Shown here: positions 39,416 to 52,656 of the stretch, piece after piece
Position numbering within the stretch: the stretch's first letter is position 1
How the letters are laid out: each line of letters begins with the position of its first letter
NCBI RefSeq assembly: GCF_006345805.1
Contig: NC_043001.1
Coordinates: 135,036,001 to 135,100,000 of the forward strand
Source: Octopus sinensis
Lineage: Eukaryota
Length of the DNA stretch: 64,000 nt
Reading direction: 5' to 3'
Program-made: the position numbers and the translations under genes
Notes under the pieces: model-generated
Databases searched by the model: none
The model's input: the letters and a program-made list of their open reading frames with translations, nothing else
Told to the model about the DNA's origin: nothing

Positions 39416-39531
39416 TAAACAACGAAGCGTTAGCGCCAAGCAGTGTTTAGGTATGAGCAGAATTTATTTCAACTTAGCCTAAATTCTGCTCATGCCTAAA
39501 CACTGCTTCGCGCGAACGCTTCGTTATTTAT
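39416..39531. repeat. ~115-bp palindrome
   Basis: aacgaagcgttagcgccaagcagtgtttaggtatgagcagaattta / taaattctgctcatgcctaaacactgcttcgcgcgaacgcttcgtt, 13-nt loop. Confidence 0.92.
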
Positions 39532-39869
39532 CACAAGGTTGTATAGTTCAATAGTTCATCGTTTCAAGCAGGGCAGTGCTATATAAATGTTATAGGTGTT
39601 TTGATAGGTTGTCGTGCTGAATTCATCTCTCGTTTACTGTAATCAGAAAAAAAAAAAAACGGGGTCTCAGAAACTTCATCTCTATGTAGAATCTCAGTGG
39701 CCTTATCTTCATGTAAGCTAAATCTTCGACAAGCAGTTTAGAAATAAAGTAAAGGACGGCTCGTTGTCGCGTTAAAGAATAGCTCTGAGTTACAGTTTCA
39801 CTATTTTGTTTTGATATAGTCCCGACGCATTTACCAGACTGTACTATGTTGAGATGTCATTCCATGATA

Positions 39870-40270
39870 GCAAAATATCGACTTCAGAGGATGCCTTTTT
39901 GTATTGACAAGAATCGATATTTTCTTAAATATCGTGAGGGAACTTTCCAAGTTACTTTTTGTATTTCTTTGTGCAAGCCTGACTGCTTCAAAGACCATTA
40001 ATTGTCTTTACCAGCTGTTCTCTATTTTTGGTATGTTGGCTTACATTCATTCTGATTGTGAAGCCTCTTTTGTGAGTCAGAAGGTGGATGAATGTTTCAC
40101 AAACAAAAACTAATTCATATAGTCGAAGCATAGGTTATAACTCTCCAAGTAACGGATAGGTGGAGAGATTCAGTGGAATAATTTGGAAAACAAATATGAA
40201 GGCCTTAAAGTCACATTTGTTGTCTATTCAGTAAGAACAGCAGACTGTCCTTACTGACACTTTCCGCTCC
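39870..40270 (+). pseudogene. Ty3/Gypsy integrase core (rve) fossil
   Basis: FLNIVRELSK..TINCLYQLFSIFGMLAYIHSD..SFVS; YNSPSNG*VERFSGIIWKT; ALKS; matches the D,D35E integrase pattern with decay. Confidence 0.85.
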
Positions 40271-40523
40271 CTATTCTTCACCACCTTGTTTAAGCAATTT
40301 ATTTTTGGAATGACATCTGCCGAACAGAGCTGATAAAGCAGTCGTTCCCAGAATTAGTTTGCTGTGGAACCTATACCTGTAGTTTACAGATAACTCCAGC
40401 CGCCCAAATTTTAGTATGACATTAAACGAAACAAAATTTGTCCCAAAGAATATATTTATATGGAAAAAAAATTATAAATAAACAACTTATTTTTTGATAA
40501 TATTTATCATATAAAAAGTATTT

Positions 40524-40929
40524 ACTCTCTTTACTAATTTACTCTTTTACTTGTTTCAGTCATTTGACTGCGACCATGCTGGAGCACCGCCTTTAGTCGA
40601 GCAAATTGACCCCGGGACTTATTCTTTGTAAGCCCAGTACTTATTCTATCGGTCTCTTTTGCCGAACCGCTAAGTGACGGGGACGTAAACACACCAGCAT
40701 CGGTTGTCAAGCAATGCTAGGGGGACAAACACAAACACAAACACACACATATATATACATATATACGACAGGCTTCTTTCAGTTTCCGTCTACCAAATCC
40801 ACTCACAAGGCTTTGGTCGGCCCAGGGCTATAGCAGAAGACACTTGCCCAAGATGCCACACAGTGGGACTGAACCCAGAACCATATGGTTGGTTAGCAAG
40901 CTACTTACCACACAGCCACTCCTGCGCCT
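40524..40929 (-). mobile_element. SINE-C, full length
   Basis: Near-identical to other copies. Confidence 0.94.
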
Positions 40930-41569
40930 ATATAATAAATTTTATTCAATATTTTTAAAAGGCATTTAACTCTTGGACCACTAAGACATTTTTTTAACGG
41001 ATTACCTCTGAGAAATACTCCAAGAAAGTGTCATGGAGGGTGTTGTTATGCTTCTGATGTGATGCTGGTGGTGAATGAAAATGTCTTTTTAAGGCTGCTT
41101 GTAAAAGTGATTAAGAAGACTCATGAACAATTGACAGAAGCTTTATTTACGGCACATCGTATTTTCTGTGTTGCTTCTTTGGATGAAAAATAAAAGCAAC
41201 AATTTATACACACTGGGAGAGACATACTACTGGGGTCTACAACGAACTAGTTGGTGTGTATCAATCTGTGATTGGCCCATCACAACTGGAAAAAATAATC
41301 CCGCTATATTCGTGACGGCAAAAGCTGTACCTTCTATCTGCAACAACTGGTGAATGAAATGAGGATGGAGATGTTAAAGCGACTGTCTCAGCATACTGAA
41401 ATTGCCGTCAAAACACCACCTTTCTATGGAGCTCATTAAGAAATGCTAAAAAGGCCGAATCACGTGATGGCTCGATGCTGGTTTGTCGGTTAATCGGCCG
41501 ATCACATGACACAACAGTGATCGTACCATGCTATCTGCGATTCGGTTTCGAATCTGCTATAAGAGTATT

Positions 41570-41797
41570 AACCTTCTAGTAGAGTCATGTCTGCCGAGGT
41601 GAGCTGTCAGTGTATCGAACTTCTAGCAAATGTGACGTCTGTCAAACTGTTAGAATATCGAACTTTTAGCAGAGTGTCATCTGGTGAGTTGATAAAATAT
41701 CGAACTTCCAAAAAAAGTGACATCTACCAAGCTGATAGAATGTCAAAACCTCTATCAGAGTGATCTACTGAGTAGATAAAGTACTAAACGTCTAACC
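41570..41797. repeat. Degenerate 42-43-bp minisatellite (~5 units)
   Basis: tatcgaactt recurs at ~41613, 41656 and 41698, with weaker copies on either side. Confidence 0.75.
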
Positions 41798-43649
41798 GGA
41801 GGGAACGAGCAGTGGCTCGTATCCTGTCAATGGCGCTGCAGCCAATACTTAACTCTGGGTCAGTCTGTCTAGATGTAAATAGGTACCATTGTGTAGACTC
41901 CCCGCTTAGATATTCCTTCTATAAAGTTATCAGCAGTGTTTTAAGGTGGTGAGCTTGTAGAATCGTTAGCGCGTTGGGAAACAGGCTCAGATGCATTACT
42001 TTCGACTCTTTACGTCCTTAGTTCAATTTCTGCCGGGGGTCAATTTCGCATTTAATAAAATGCGAAATTTAGGATCAATAAAAAAAGGTACTAGTCAAGT
42101 CCTGTGGGGTGGAGGTGTCAATGAAATCGATTCAACTGCCTCCACTCTAGATGTCTGGCATTGCATCAAAATTAAAAAGAATTATTATCATTTCACTTTC
42201 AGGATCAAAATCCTGTATTTCCCTTGACTGGAATGAAGTCCCTCATCAACACACTCCTATATGGCGCTCAGACGTGTTGTCGTCTTCTCACACTGTCTCT
42301 TTCACTGCAGTGACGTTTGTTCCTCGAATCTGGTCTCCCACCACTTCCACTTAAGCTTTTCTGACTTATTCATTTCTCTTTCTCTCGTCACAGCATTAAC
42401 TCTACTTCCAGTACTCGTACTAATCACTACAACCAGTCAATCCTCAGGAATTCTCTTCCTGTTCATGATGGGTTTTTCTCTGTTTTTCAAAAACATTAAC
42501 CACATCAATCTTACTAGTCTCTGACGATCCGCAAAGGCTATGGATGCACTCCCTTCCTCCAGTGCAAGACCTTGTAAAAAACAAAAAAAAAGGTTCAAAC
42601 AAACATTTGATTTGACTGAGACAACCCTAGTATTTGATACTCTCTCTCTGTTTGAATTCTGTTGTAAACAGATGGGATACACCGGCGCTCCCTTATTCTA
42701 TAACCACACATAGGAAAGTGATAGCTAACGCGGTATCTTGAATTAAAGGTCGAAGAAATAAAGCTATATGAGCTTTTATTTATCTTCCTACTTAGCTTAG
42801 AAAGATTTGATGTCTTGCTCGTGACTAAAGACTTTAATGAATGTTTTCACGTTTATCATCATACAAGATTGCTATCTTAAAACAGCGAGCAGAATGGTAA
42901 ACATAACAAAATTTCATTTCAGATTCTAGATTCCTTTTTCTTTCGTTGAAAACTTTCATTATGATTCCTCGCTTATAAACAACACGAAAGTGGAGTAAGA
43001 AGAAAGTAAACAGCTCTTCTCCCTCCTTTTACGAGAAGTGAATGAGTCTTGATGTAATATAGTTTTAGGAAATCCTAAATAGAAATATAATCCTCGCAAT
43101 CCTTTGCGAGGGGCCATCATCTTCCCCAAAATAATTAATGGCATATTTTCAAATACAAAAATGAATGGGTTATCCCTCTCTTTTCGTTGTGAACATATTT
43201 CCAACAATAAGATTTATAGTTTACGACCATTTAAATTTTATATTTCTCATTGTCATTCCCTATCTTTGATTATTAAATCAACTGCTAATGAGTACAAAAG
43301 AGTAAACGTTTTGTTTTCAGTTGTTATAGACATTTATTATATATTTATCATGCTATTCTACAGAGCTAAACGATCAACCAATTTTCTAGATTTTGTAATC
43401 ACAATTATCCTATCAACTAACTTACTCTGTGAATGATGACGTATTGTACAAAAAGGATATGTACAGCTATTTTGTAATTTGTGTTAATGATCTGAGGCCG
43501 GTTACTTTTTGAAGTCATTTAATTCTACATGTTTTGATAATACTTTGGGGAAGATATGAACATTCACAACATCCTATTCGTCACGCGAATAATTTGTACA
43601 CTTCCTATCTATGAGAAGGATGAACTGTCTCACAGGAGTACGAGAGATG

Positions 43650-44450
43650 AATGTCTATGAATATTAACATCAATGACATTTTCCATAATGTGATTTCTAA
43701 ACAATATCCATCGTCTTCCCGAGTCTCTTAAGTCACACATCAACGGTCTCTTCTAAATAGAGATGCTGCCTTTATCATCATCAAAGCTTTCGACCAGTGA
43801 AAGCTCCCAAGCTAAATTGGCTGCTTATGGGATCCATCAGTTACCCATTTCTTGAATTACAAATTTTTTGTTAGACTACAACCATTGTAGCGTGCTTTTA
43901 CGAAACTGCGATACATAATTTATCGACTCTGTAATTCGAAGTTCGGTTATGTTTCCTCAACTTTTCTTTATAGCAATGGCTTTTCAACCACACACAAGCT
44001 CACAAAGACGATGCAATTTTTTACTCTTCCTTAACCTTTCGCATACAGGCAATATCTTCACGAAACCTAGATACTTCATTCAGATTTGCATTATCCTTCA
44101 ATGATGACCTAACAACTTAATGCCCTTCAACGGCATTAATACAAAAACCCCATAAAAGAAGGAAATAATCTTGCACTTATCCTATATTATGCATGAACTG
44201 CACACAACTAAAGCTCTTGTCCTCGTTACAGTTACCAGATCTCACTATATCTTATAATCTTACCTGCTGATCTCACATATTTGATATTGCATACCGAAAG
44301 GCAAGGCTTCCTTTTTCGTTTCTTCACTTCTAAACAGTTGCTAACTCTCTACAAAATTTCAGTGAAATGATATACGACTAATATATCTACCAGCAACTGT
44401 TGTGACTATTACTGCAGACATAGAACTCTAAGACAACGTCGAAAAAAAAT
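43650..44450 (+). pseudogene. Highly decayed CR1/Jockey-type LINE reverse transcriptase
   Basis: KAFD, AKLAAYGIH, *ITNFL, LLTLYK remnants in the expected order. Confidence 0.6.
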
Positions 44451-45221
44451 TGCCATCTAGCAACAATTTACCATTGGCAAATGGAAGCAGTATAGCCGAA
44501 TGGTTAAGAAGTTCATTCCACAATCATGAGCTCTTGGGTTCCATCATACTGAGCGGCATCGTAAAACAAGCGCCTTTTACCATGGCCCCGGGTAAATCCA
44601 ATTGAAACTGGGTAGACGGAAACTGTTTGAAGCCTGTCACTGGAAAGGCCAGGTTTGTCACAGACTGTGTAACGCTTGTTCTGCACGAATATTGTATTAA
44701 GAGGATTCGTTTTTGTGGAAAACTCAGCCACTTATACGCTATTTCAATAAATAGGGAGTTGAGTTGATTGAACAACTAGATACTCATCGTTGAAATCGAC
44801 GGAGATCCATTAACCTTACTTTATCTTTCATTCGTTTCTGATATTGGGCTGCAGCTATGCTGGGGTACCATCTTGAAGGGTTCTAGTCGAATAGGTCGCC
44901 CCCGTATTTATTTTTTAAGCGAAATACTTATTCTAGAGGCCTCTCTTTGCTGAACGGCTATGTTATAGGACGTAAACAAACCAACAGCAATTATCAATTG
45001 GATTGGGAATGGGGACCAGCTCAGGCACAAAGACACACGTATGAGCCAAATTGATATCACCATTCCCATCAAATGGTACTTTCCCATTTCCTTCTCATAA
45101 TCCCAATAATGTCTTCTGTCATCCCCAACCCTACTCTGTTTTTCTCAGTTTCTTCTCTCTTGAACTACATCACTCAGAAACTACCCAGTAAAAGTTACAC
45201 GCCAGCCAGCCCGCGGCTGAC

Positions 45222-45350
45222 GCTGCTGCTGCTACCGCCACTGCCGCTGTTGCTATCGCCTCCGCTGCTGCTACCGCCACTGCCGCTGTTGCTATCGCCT
45301 CCGCCGCTGCTACCGCCACTGCCGCTGTTGCTATCGCCTCCGCTGCTGTC
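45222..45350. repeat. 39-bp GC-rich tandem repeat x3
   Basis: gctgctgctaccgccactgccgctgttgctatcgcctcc three times, one substitution. Confidence 0.95.
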
Positions 45351-45352
45351 AC

Positions 45353-46406
45353 CACAAAAAATTCAGCAACGTCGACACGCAAATAAAATTTGAAATAGAA
45401 CACCTGAACGAGTCTGGAATCCTTTCTCTGCTTAATTTCCAAATCAGTATCACGGAGGAGGGTTCCAGCTATACTAAGTTTCACAAGAAAGCTGCCAGTA
45501 GGAATATGTTCGAACACTATGAATCAGACTTGCCCACCAGAGCCAAAGCTGCATACGTACGAAACGAAATCACACGCATAAGCGACAGAAGCAGCGATAC
45601 AGTCAACAAAGCTTCCAACCCCAAACGGTAACTCAAGAACGTAATGCACAACGGCTATCCTCTATCTTTATCCAAACGTCTGCATTGAAAAAACATTAAA
45701 GTGAGTAAAACATAAGAAGGCCCATAATCCTAAGTTTGACATGTGCTTCCTTAAACTATACTATTTCGATGACAGAACCACTGGCGCTATACAATATGTT
45801 AATCGACAGGGAGGCACTCAACATATAAAATGGAGCTTACTGGTCCATCCCCAAGGAAATTTCTAGGAATAATACTTTAGATAGGATCGTGGAGAACACA
45901 CTATCCAATTGCTTAATCAACGACTTCAAATTGTTCTCGAGGGCCTATATTGTATACGAGGGAGTCTACAGTAAATGTGGAGCTACCTCCATTGGGGGCA
46001 CCACAAGGATTTGCATGTTCGAATCAAAGAACATACGTGCACAGACACTTCAATAAAAAAAAAACACCAATAGAAGTGTCAGACCCAGAATTTCAAGGTA
46101 TCCATCAGGGCCACTCAACACAACAGAGGCAAACTGAGACCGGCCATTAACAACAGATAAATGCTACACGAAGCTGAATGGTTACTATAGCAACCCCTGT
46201 CTGTATGTCACCTTCCTCCCCAACACATCTGAGCAATGACCTGTTTCCATTTCTTGCTTTTCCACATGTCCTGAGGAAGAGGTAATAGTCCCGAAATATA
46301 GAAATATAAGGTAAACAACTTTGTTTAGTTTTTTTATAGTTTACTTTATATATTCTTGCATCTATCAAGTCTCTTTAATGTAATATCACACAATGCTTCA
46401 CCAAAA

Positions 46407-46408
<2 letters not shown>
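45353..46408 (+). pseudogene. 5'-truncated Penelope-like element: RT thumb, GIY-YIG endonuclease and decayed hammerhead
   Basis: FSNVDTQIKFEIEHLNESGILSLLNFQI..TKFHKKAASRNMFEHYESDLPTRAKAAYVRNEITRI; NGYP; VYE..KCGATSIGGTTR/LHVRIKEH; CTGAGGA..GAAA at 46271-46296; ends at (CT)n(TA)n. Confidence 0.87.
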
Positions 46409-46487
<79 letters not shown>

Positions 46488-46900
46488 GAATATATATATA
46501 TATATATTTTTTTTTCTCTCGCATGATAAGAGCATATGTCATTAATCTTGTGACAAAGCCTATTTTTGATTTTCTAAACGGATTTTGAATATTGATAGTA
46601 GGTACATATTTTTGTAAGTATACATTATATTTACAGAACTATGAATATACTGTATACATAATTTATATAGTGCACACATACACACATACGCACACGAAAC
46701 CTCCAATGTATAAATTCTCGACAACAAATACTGACCAACATATATTCATTATTCATAAGCTCTTTTTCAAAATTTTTCTTTCGTTTTATTTATTCTAAAA
46801 TTTTTTTGCTGAATATTTTCTGAACATTAGACGAAACTTATTTAGTTACAAATTTATTCTAATATCCCAAATAGCATATATATATATATATATATATATA

Positions 46901-47107
46901 TAACGGGAAGCTTTATGAAAATAAACAAAAGACGAAGGCAGGTGGAGTACAAACAAACAATTGTATTAGTATAGCGCTCAGGAATATAAATAAAACAAGT
47001 CTTTTACGTTTCGAGCCTATGCTCTTCGACAGAAAGATACACAGAAAAGAAACACGGAGATAAACAAGGAGAGAAAAAAAATGCGTGCAGAAGCTAGCGA
47101 ATCAACA
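46901..47107 (-). mobile_element. ~207-bp Penelope-type module in (TA)n with variant hammerhead at 47000-47037
   Basis: Minus strand tcttt-CTGTCGA-a-gagc(atag)gctc-GAAAC-GTA-aaaga; (TA)n on both sides. Confidence 0.75.
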
Positions 47108-47446
47108 TATATATATATATAGATAGATAGATAAACGAGTAGTATAAGGTGTCGATTCAGAGAATCGAGGAACTTCTTTCAGTTTCCGCCTACCAAATTC
47201 ACTCACAACACTTTAATCGGTCCGGGCTTATAGACGAAGACACTTGTCCAATGTGTTACGCAATGGGGCTGAATCTAAGATGTCGCATGGTTGGCAAGCA
47301 AACTTCTCAACCACACAGCCATGTCTGCGCCTCTTTGTATTATTTTTACTTTTTGTTTTTTGTTTGCTAAAATCCCTAAACTGAAATATAACGATCCCAT
47401 AAGATAGTTTTGTATATCTTGTTTATTTAGCTACAGTAGAATAAGT

Positions 47447-47828
47447 GGAGGCGCAATGGCCCAGTGGTTAGGGCAGCGGACTCGCGGTCGGAGGATCGCG
47501 GTTTCGATTCCCAGACCGGGCATTGTGTGTGTTTATTGAGCGAAAACACCTAAAAGCTCCACGAGGCTCCGGCAGGGGATGGTGGTGATCCCTGCTGTAC
47601 TCTTTCACCACAACTTTCTCTCACTCTTACTTCCTGTTTCTGTTGTACCTGTATTTCAAAGGGCCGGCCTTGCCACTCTCTGTGTCACGCTGAATATCCC
47701 TGAGAACTACGTTAAGGGTACACGTGTCTGTGGAGTGCTTAGCCACTTACACGTTAATATCACGAGCAGGCTGTTCCGTTGATCGGATCAACCGGAACCC
47801 TCATCGTCGTAATCGACGGAGTGCTTCC
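47447..47828 (+). mobile_element. SINE-A, tail type 1
   Basis: Full length. Confidence 0.94.
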
Positions 47829-48621
47829 ATCCACTCCGTCATTTAATGTGCTAAATCGAAAGATCGTAAAAACAATTTAATTTGTAACAACAATAACGAC
47901 ATAATAGCGACAACAACAACGTAAACAGCAAATGAAATAAAATGGTTCCTTATGCTGATGTAATGATAGATTATATTGGAGAGAAAACGAGATTGCATAA
48001 TGCTCATGACCAGTGGCGACTCCTGTATAGGGACTGCAGAACTGCAGCACCCCCTATTTCCACTCGATATTATCGGTAACATTCAATATAACAAGTCCTT
48101 TTTTCTTTAATTCTTTCTTTATATTTGTACATTTTATAATCATTAAGCTTAATGTCAGTAGTCATCCCCTAGTTTATGAAAAAAATACAAAAATCTTTGT
48201 ATAGAACTGTGCGCTTCACAGTTCCAGCGACGCGGTGTTTGGCTGCTGTGCGCATGCTCACATGTCCGAGATAAGAAGCTTCATGCTAGGGAGAGAGAGA
48301 ACTGTGGTTACACAGTGCCGACCCTGGTATGCTGGTAAAAGGTAGTGTTTCTTTTTGACTCCGCGTGTGCTGTGCTTAAAAACGTGTTTATATTCTTGAA
48401 TATGATAAAGCGTAGGATTAGATTATTATCCTGTTTCCAGCTAAAGTGTTGCTGCTAGGATTTGAAAGATAGGGCAGATTCCTACCCACCTTATCTTGTG
48501 ATTTAGGGAGGAATTTTGAAAAACAAGGGGAAATTCGCGGCTGTGTTCAGGTGAATTAAACGCACAATCCGGCAGTGGCTAAAACGTGAACCGATCAAGT
48601 TCATGTATAAATTTTCTTTCT

Positions 48622-49037
48622 ATACTCTTTTACTCTTTTACTTGTTTCAGTCATTTGACTGCGGCCATGCTGGAGCACCACCTTTAGTCGAGCAAATCGA
48701 CCCCGGGACTTATTCTTTGTAAGCCCAGTACTTATTCTATCGGTCTCTTTTTGCCAAACCGCTAAGTGACGGGGACGTAAACACCCCGGCATCGGTTGTC
48801 AAGCGATGGTGGGGGGACAAACACAGACACACAAACATATACACACACATACATATATATATATACATATATACGACAGGCTTCTTTCAGTTTCCGTCTA
48901 CCAAATCCACTCACAAGGCATTGGTCGGCCCGAGGCTATAGCAGAAGACACTTGCCCAAGATGCCACGCAGTGGGACTGAACCCGGAACCATGTGGTTGG
49001 TAAGCAAGCTACTTACCACACAGCCACTCCTGCGCCT
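48622..49037 (-). mobile_element. SINE-C, full length
   Basis: Near-identical to other copies. Confidence 0.94.
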
Positions 49038-49334
49038 ATATGTTTGTTTCCTTATTAAAACAACGGCTAAAAATCTTCTGAAGCAGCGTCCCCAACTAAT
49101 TTTATCTACGAGTCACCACTGCTCATGACTATGATATAAGGCAAGGATTTTTAGTGTTCATTGTGAGAAATTCCGCGGTTCTGCAAGATATGGTATCTTT
49201 TAAAAGAATTTATTAAAAAATTATTTTCAGTCTCGCTGTGCGGCATCGTGGGCGAGGTTTTATACTATATCTCCGAACCGACCAATACCTTCTGAGTGAA
49301 TTTCATAGACGGAAACTACGTAGAAGCCCTTCAC

Positions 49335-49383
<49 letters not shown>

Positions 49384-49387
<4 letters not shown>

Positions 49388-49586
49388 ATCCAAACAAGAA
49401 AGCACAAAAAAACACAGCAACGCGAGGACGTGGAACAAATATAGTATTATTGGACGCTCAGGAAAGAAGGAGGGTTAACGTTTCGAGCGGAGCTCTTCGT
49501 CGGAAACATAGGAGAAGGAAAGATCCAGAGAAGGGAAGACAGAGGGGAAAAAAATCGCCAACGGTACGCGCGCGGTCACATTTTGA
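49384..49586 (-). mobile_element. ~203-bp Penelope-type module with variant hammerhead (49473-49507), inserted in the internal (TA)n of an old SINE-C (~49230-49795, +)
   Basis: Minus strand gttt-CCGACGA-a-gagc(tcc)gctc-GAAAC-GTT-aac; (TA)n on both sides; SINE-C halves outside. Confidence 0.75.
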
Positions 49587-50135
49587 ATATATATATATAT
49601 GTATGTGTGTGTGTGTCCATCGTTTGACAGCCGTTGTTGGTTTGCTTACCTCCACGTAACCTTGTAGGTTGGTAATAGAGAACGACAAAAATAAGTACCA
49701 CACTTAAAAAGTAAGTACTGGGGTCTAAAATCTTTCAAGGCGGTGCTCCAGCATGGCCGCAGTCCAATAACTGAAGCAAATAAAAGAAAAGATAAACTAT
49801 CAAAAATAAAATGGCTTCAGCACTTCTCTCTCTAAATCAATTTTTGTTTCATTCAATGTCTTCAGGTTGTCGAGGTTTTTTCTGCAAAATATATAAGCGT
49901 TGGTTCTGCAATTTAAAAATAAAAATATCGTATAAGGTTTCCACGACAAAATAAATTTGGGAGCGGCTGGCTTAAGCGTAAAACTAAAAATTGAAACCGG
50001 ATTGTCGTCTTTAAAAGAACTTTATCGTCTAATTGATGATCATAAAAATAATACTGCCTCCTCTCTCGTTCGATAACACTGTCTCCCATTGTCAAATTTT
50101 CCCCTTGTCTTCTTTTTTATTCAACCTTTAAAATT

Positions 50136-50278
50136 TATATATATATACACATATATATATATATATATATACATATATATATACATACACATATATATAC
50201 ATACACATATATATACATATATACATACACACATATATATATATACATATACACACACACACATATATATATATACAT

Positions 50279-50309
<31 letters not shown>

Positions 50310-50334
50310 CATATATACACAAACGCACACACAC
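50136..50334. repeat. (TA)n/(CA)n compound microsatellite
   Basis: Direct reading. Confidence 0.97.
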
Positions 50335-51742
50335 GACAAAGAACCTAACAATTAAGTCCCTGGCGATGTAGTGAATGAATAATATTGACTTAAAACTTTA
50401 GTTTTATTCGGTATTAAGCGACTGGACAATTAAATTTGCTATTGTTCAGGAAACACTCGATAAAGATGTTCCAAGCGTCATGATCGGGAATTAACAACTA
50501 TACTGAATGGGGGCACAAAAGCAGATTTGTTTGAACAAAATCAGTAGGTCTACGAAGACGCGTTTAAACAATAGTGTACAGTAACCTTACAATAATTGGC
50601 GGCTCCTCCGACCAATGACCGTCACCATATTGTTAATACGACACGGACTTGCTTTATTTCACAATGCGTGTCAAAAGTTCAACATTTTTCGTAAAGAAAA
50701 AGGTTATTGGTAGCACACTTCTTTCTGTGTCTCTTAAGAGCTTCAGAATCAGAGCATTAATTTAGCAGCCCCCAACTAACCCCTTCCTCTAAATCCCATT
50801 TCCCAAGACTATCTAAACATGCGTAGCGTCGATAATAAGAGCCCCTTGTTTTTCTTTCTCTGCTTAACATTAATTGTCGTCATTCTTCTTTTTCTCCTTC
50901 TTCCAGTTCCATGCTCTTGTTTACTGTGGGTGAAACTTATTGCAGTCGTGATATCAGCTAAATCCCGCCAATGAAAATACTTTAAATTACCACCGTGACT
51001 GGAATATAAAATTAAGTAAATAAACACAGATAATTACTAATATTCTCCATATTCTTCGATTTTATTATTATTTTTTTTTTTGTGTGCCAAACTGTATCCG
51101 TATTCATTAAGTTAACTTGCGTATGTACATAACTTTGTGTGTAAATGTATCTTTGTGTATAAACGTACGGTTTATGCATTTAATGTTCGTGTGTCAACGT
51201 GACTTTGTGTATAGATGTGTGTTCGTGTACACACTTGTGTATAGATGTGTGTTCCTGTACAAACGTGTATGAATGGAATGTAGTTTTTGTTTCTGTATAT
51301 ATTAAATACGGAACCAATGTTGAAGTGACTTGTAATAAAGAGTCAAACGTAACAATTACTCCCTATGAGACAAAGGTTGGTCATACTACGCTGGTTAGGG
51401 TTTATTGAAGGGTCACAATTCAATCTGTCGTTGATTGTGTTTCATTGTTAATGAACGAATGGTGTTAACCCATGCGTGACCACCATGGCTATAACTTTGT
51501 TACTGAACAATAGTCTAGTTGTGTGTGAGTGTGTAATAAATGGCGAAGGTTTGAGTAATAAATTATATTATAAAATACAACAAAGTGATGGTAGTTACAT
51601 AGTTGAGTAGTCTAACCTATTAGTTTCCGCCGTGTCACGGGTTCGAATCTCGCTGTCAACGATGTGTTTGAGTGCGTTGCATTGTAACGTTAACGTTTAA
51701 GCTCCCAGAGCGCGAATCTGTAACGAAAGTTAAATAAGTGCA

Positions 51743-51901
51743 TAGGAGTGGCTGTGTGGTAAGTAGCTTGCTAACCAACCACATGGTTCCGGGTTCAGTC
51801 CCACTGTGTGGCATCTTGGGCAAGTGTCTTCTGCTATAGCCCCGGGCCGACCAATTCCTTGTGAGTGGATTTGGTAGACGGAAACTGAAAGAAGCCTGTC
51901 G

Positions 51902-51937
<36 letters not shown>

Positions 51938-52157
51938 AGTGTGTGTGTGTGTGTCTGTGTTTGTCGCCCTAGCATTGCTTGACAACCGATGCTGCTGTAT
52001 TTACGTCCCCGTCACTTAGCGGTTCGGCAAAAGAGACCGATAGAATAAGTACTGGGCTTACAAAGAATAAGTCCCGGGGTCGATTTGCTCGACTAAAGGC
52101 GGTGCTCCAGCATGGCCGCAGTCAAATGACTGAAACAAGTAAAAGAATAAAAGAATA
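51743..52157 (+). mobile_element. SINE-C
   Basis: Full match. Confidence 0.94.
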
Positions 52158-52449
52158 ATGTAGAGAGAGGATGGGGTGGAACATAGCCCCACCACGACCA
52201 CCTCTAAAATGCGTGTCCTGTAGCTCAATGGATAAAGTGGCTTTCGATATTCATTTCTTCTGGCTTTTTACGTACTGAGTTCAAATCTCGCTGGGGTCTA
52301 TTTTGCTTTTCATCACTCCGTCTCTGCGTGGTGAGTAAAATAAAACACCAGTCAAATACCGGTATCGGGGTATCGACTTAACCACTTCCACTGTACTTAA
52401 ATTGGAAGCAATTATTACATTTAAAAACTAAAATTTATAATAATCACAT

Positions 52450-52625
52450 AGGCGCAGGAGTGGCTGTGTGGTAAGTAGCTTGCTAACCAACCACATGGTT
52501 CCGGGTTCAGTCCCATTGCGTAGCATCTTCTGCAAGTGTCTTCTGCTATAGCCCCGGGCCGACCAATGCCTTGTGAGTGGATTTGGTAGACGGAAACTGA
52601 AAGAAGCCTGTCGTATATATGTATG

Positions 52626-52656
<31 letters not shown>

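Noticed and set aside
41570-41797. Regularly spaced tatcgaactt motif as a CRISPR-like array
   Set aside because: The intervening sequences are homologous to each other; eukaryotic context; no cas genes
42250-42600. Minus-strand acceptor-like polypyrimidine tract followed by a short ORF
   Set aside because: All frames close within ~45 codons and no motif was recognised
45170-45517. Ala-rich ORF resembling type I antifreeze protein
   Set aside because: 13-residue period, antisense to a PLE fossil, no signal peptide or gene structure
48010-48600. CpG-richer segment with tgcgcatgc as a host promoter
   Set aside because: Starts with a cagtggcg hAT-like terminus and has no adjacent exon; cannot be told apart from a transposon interior
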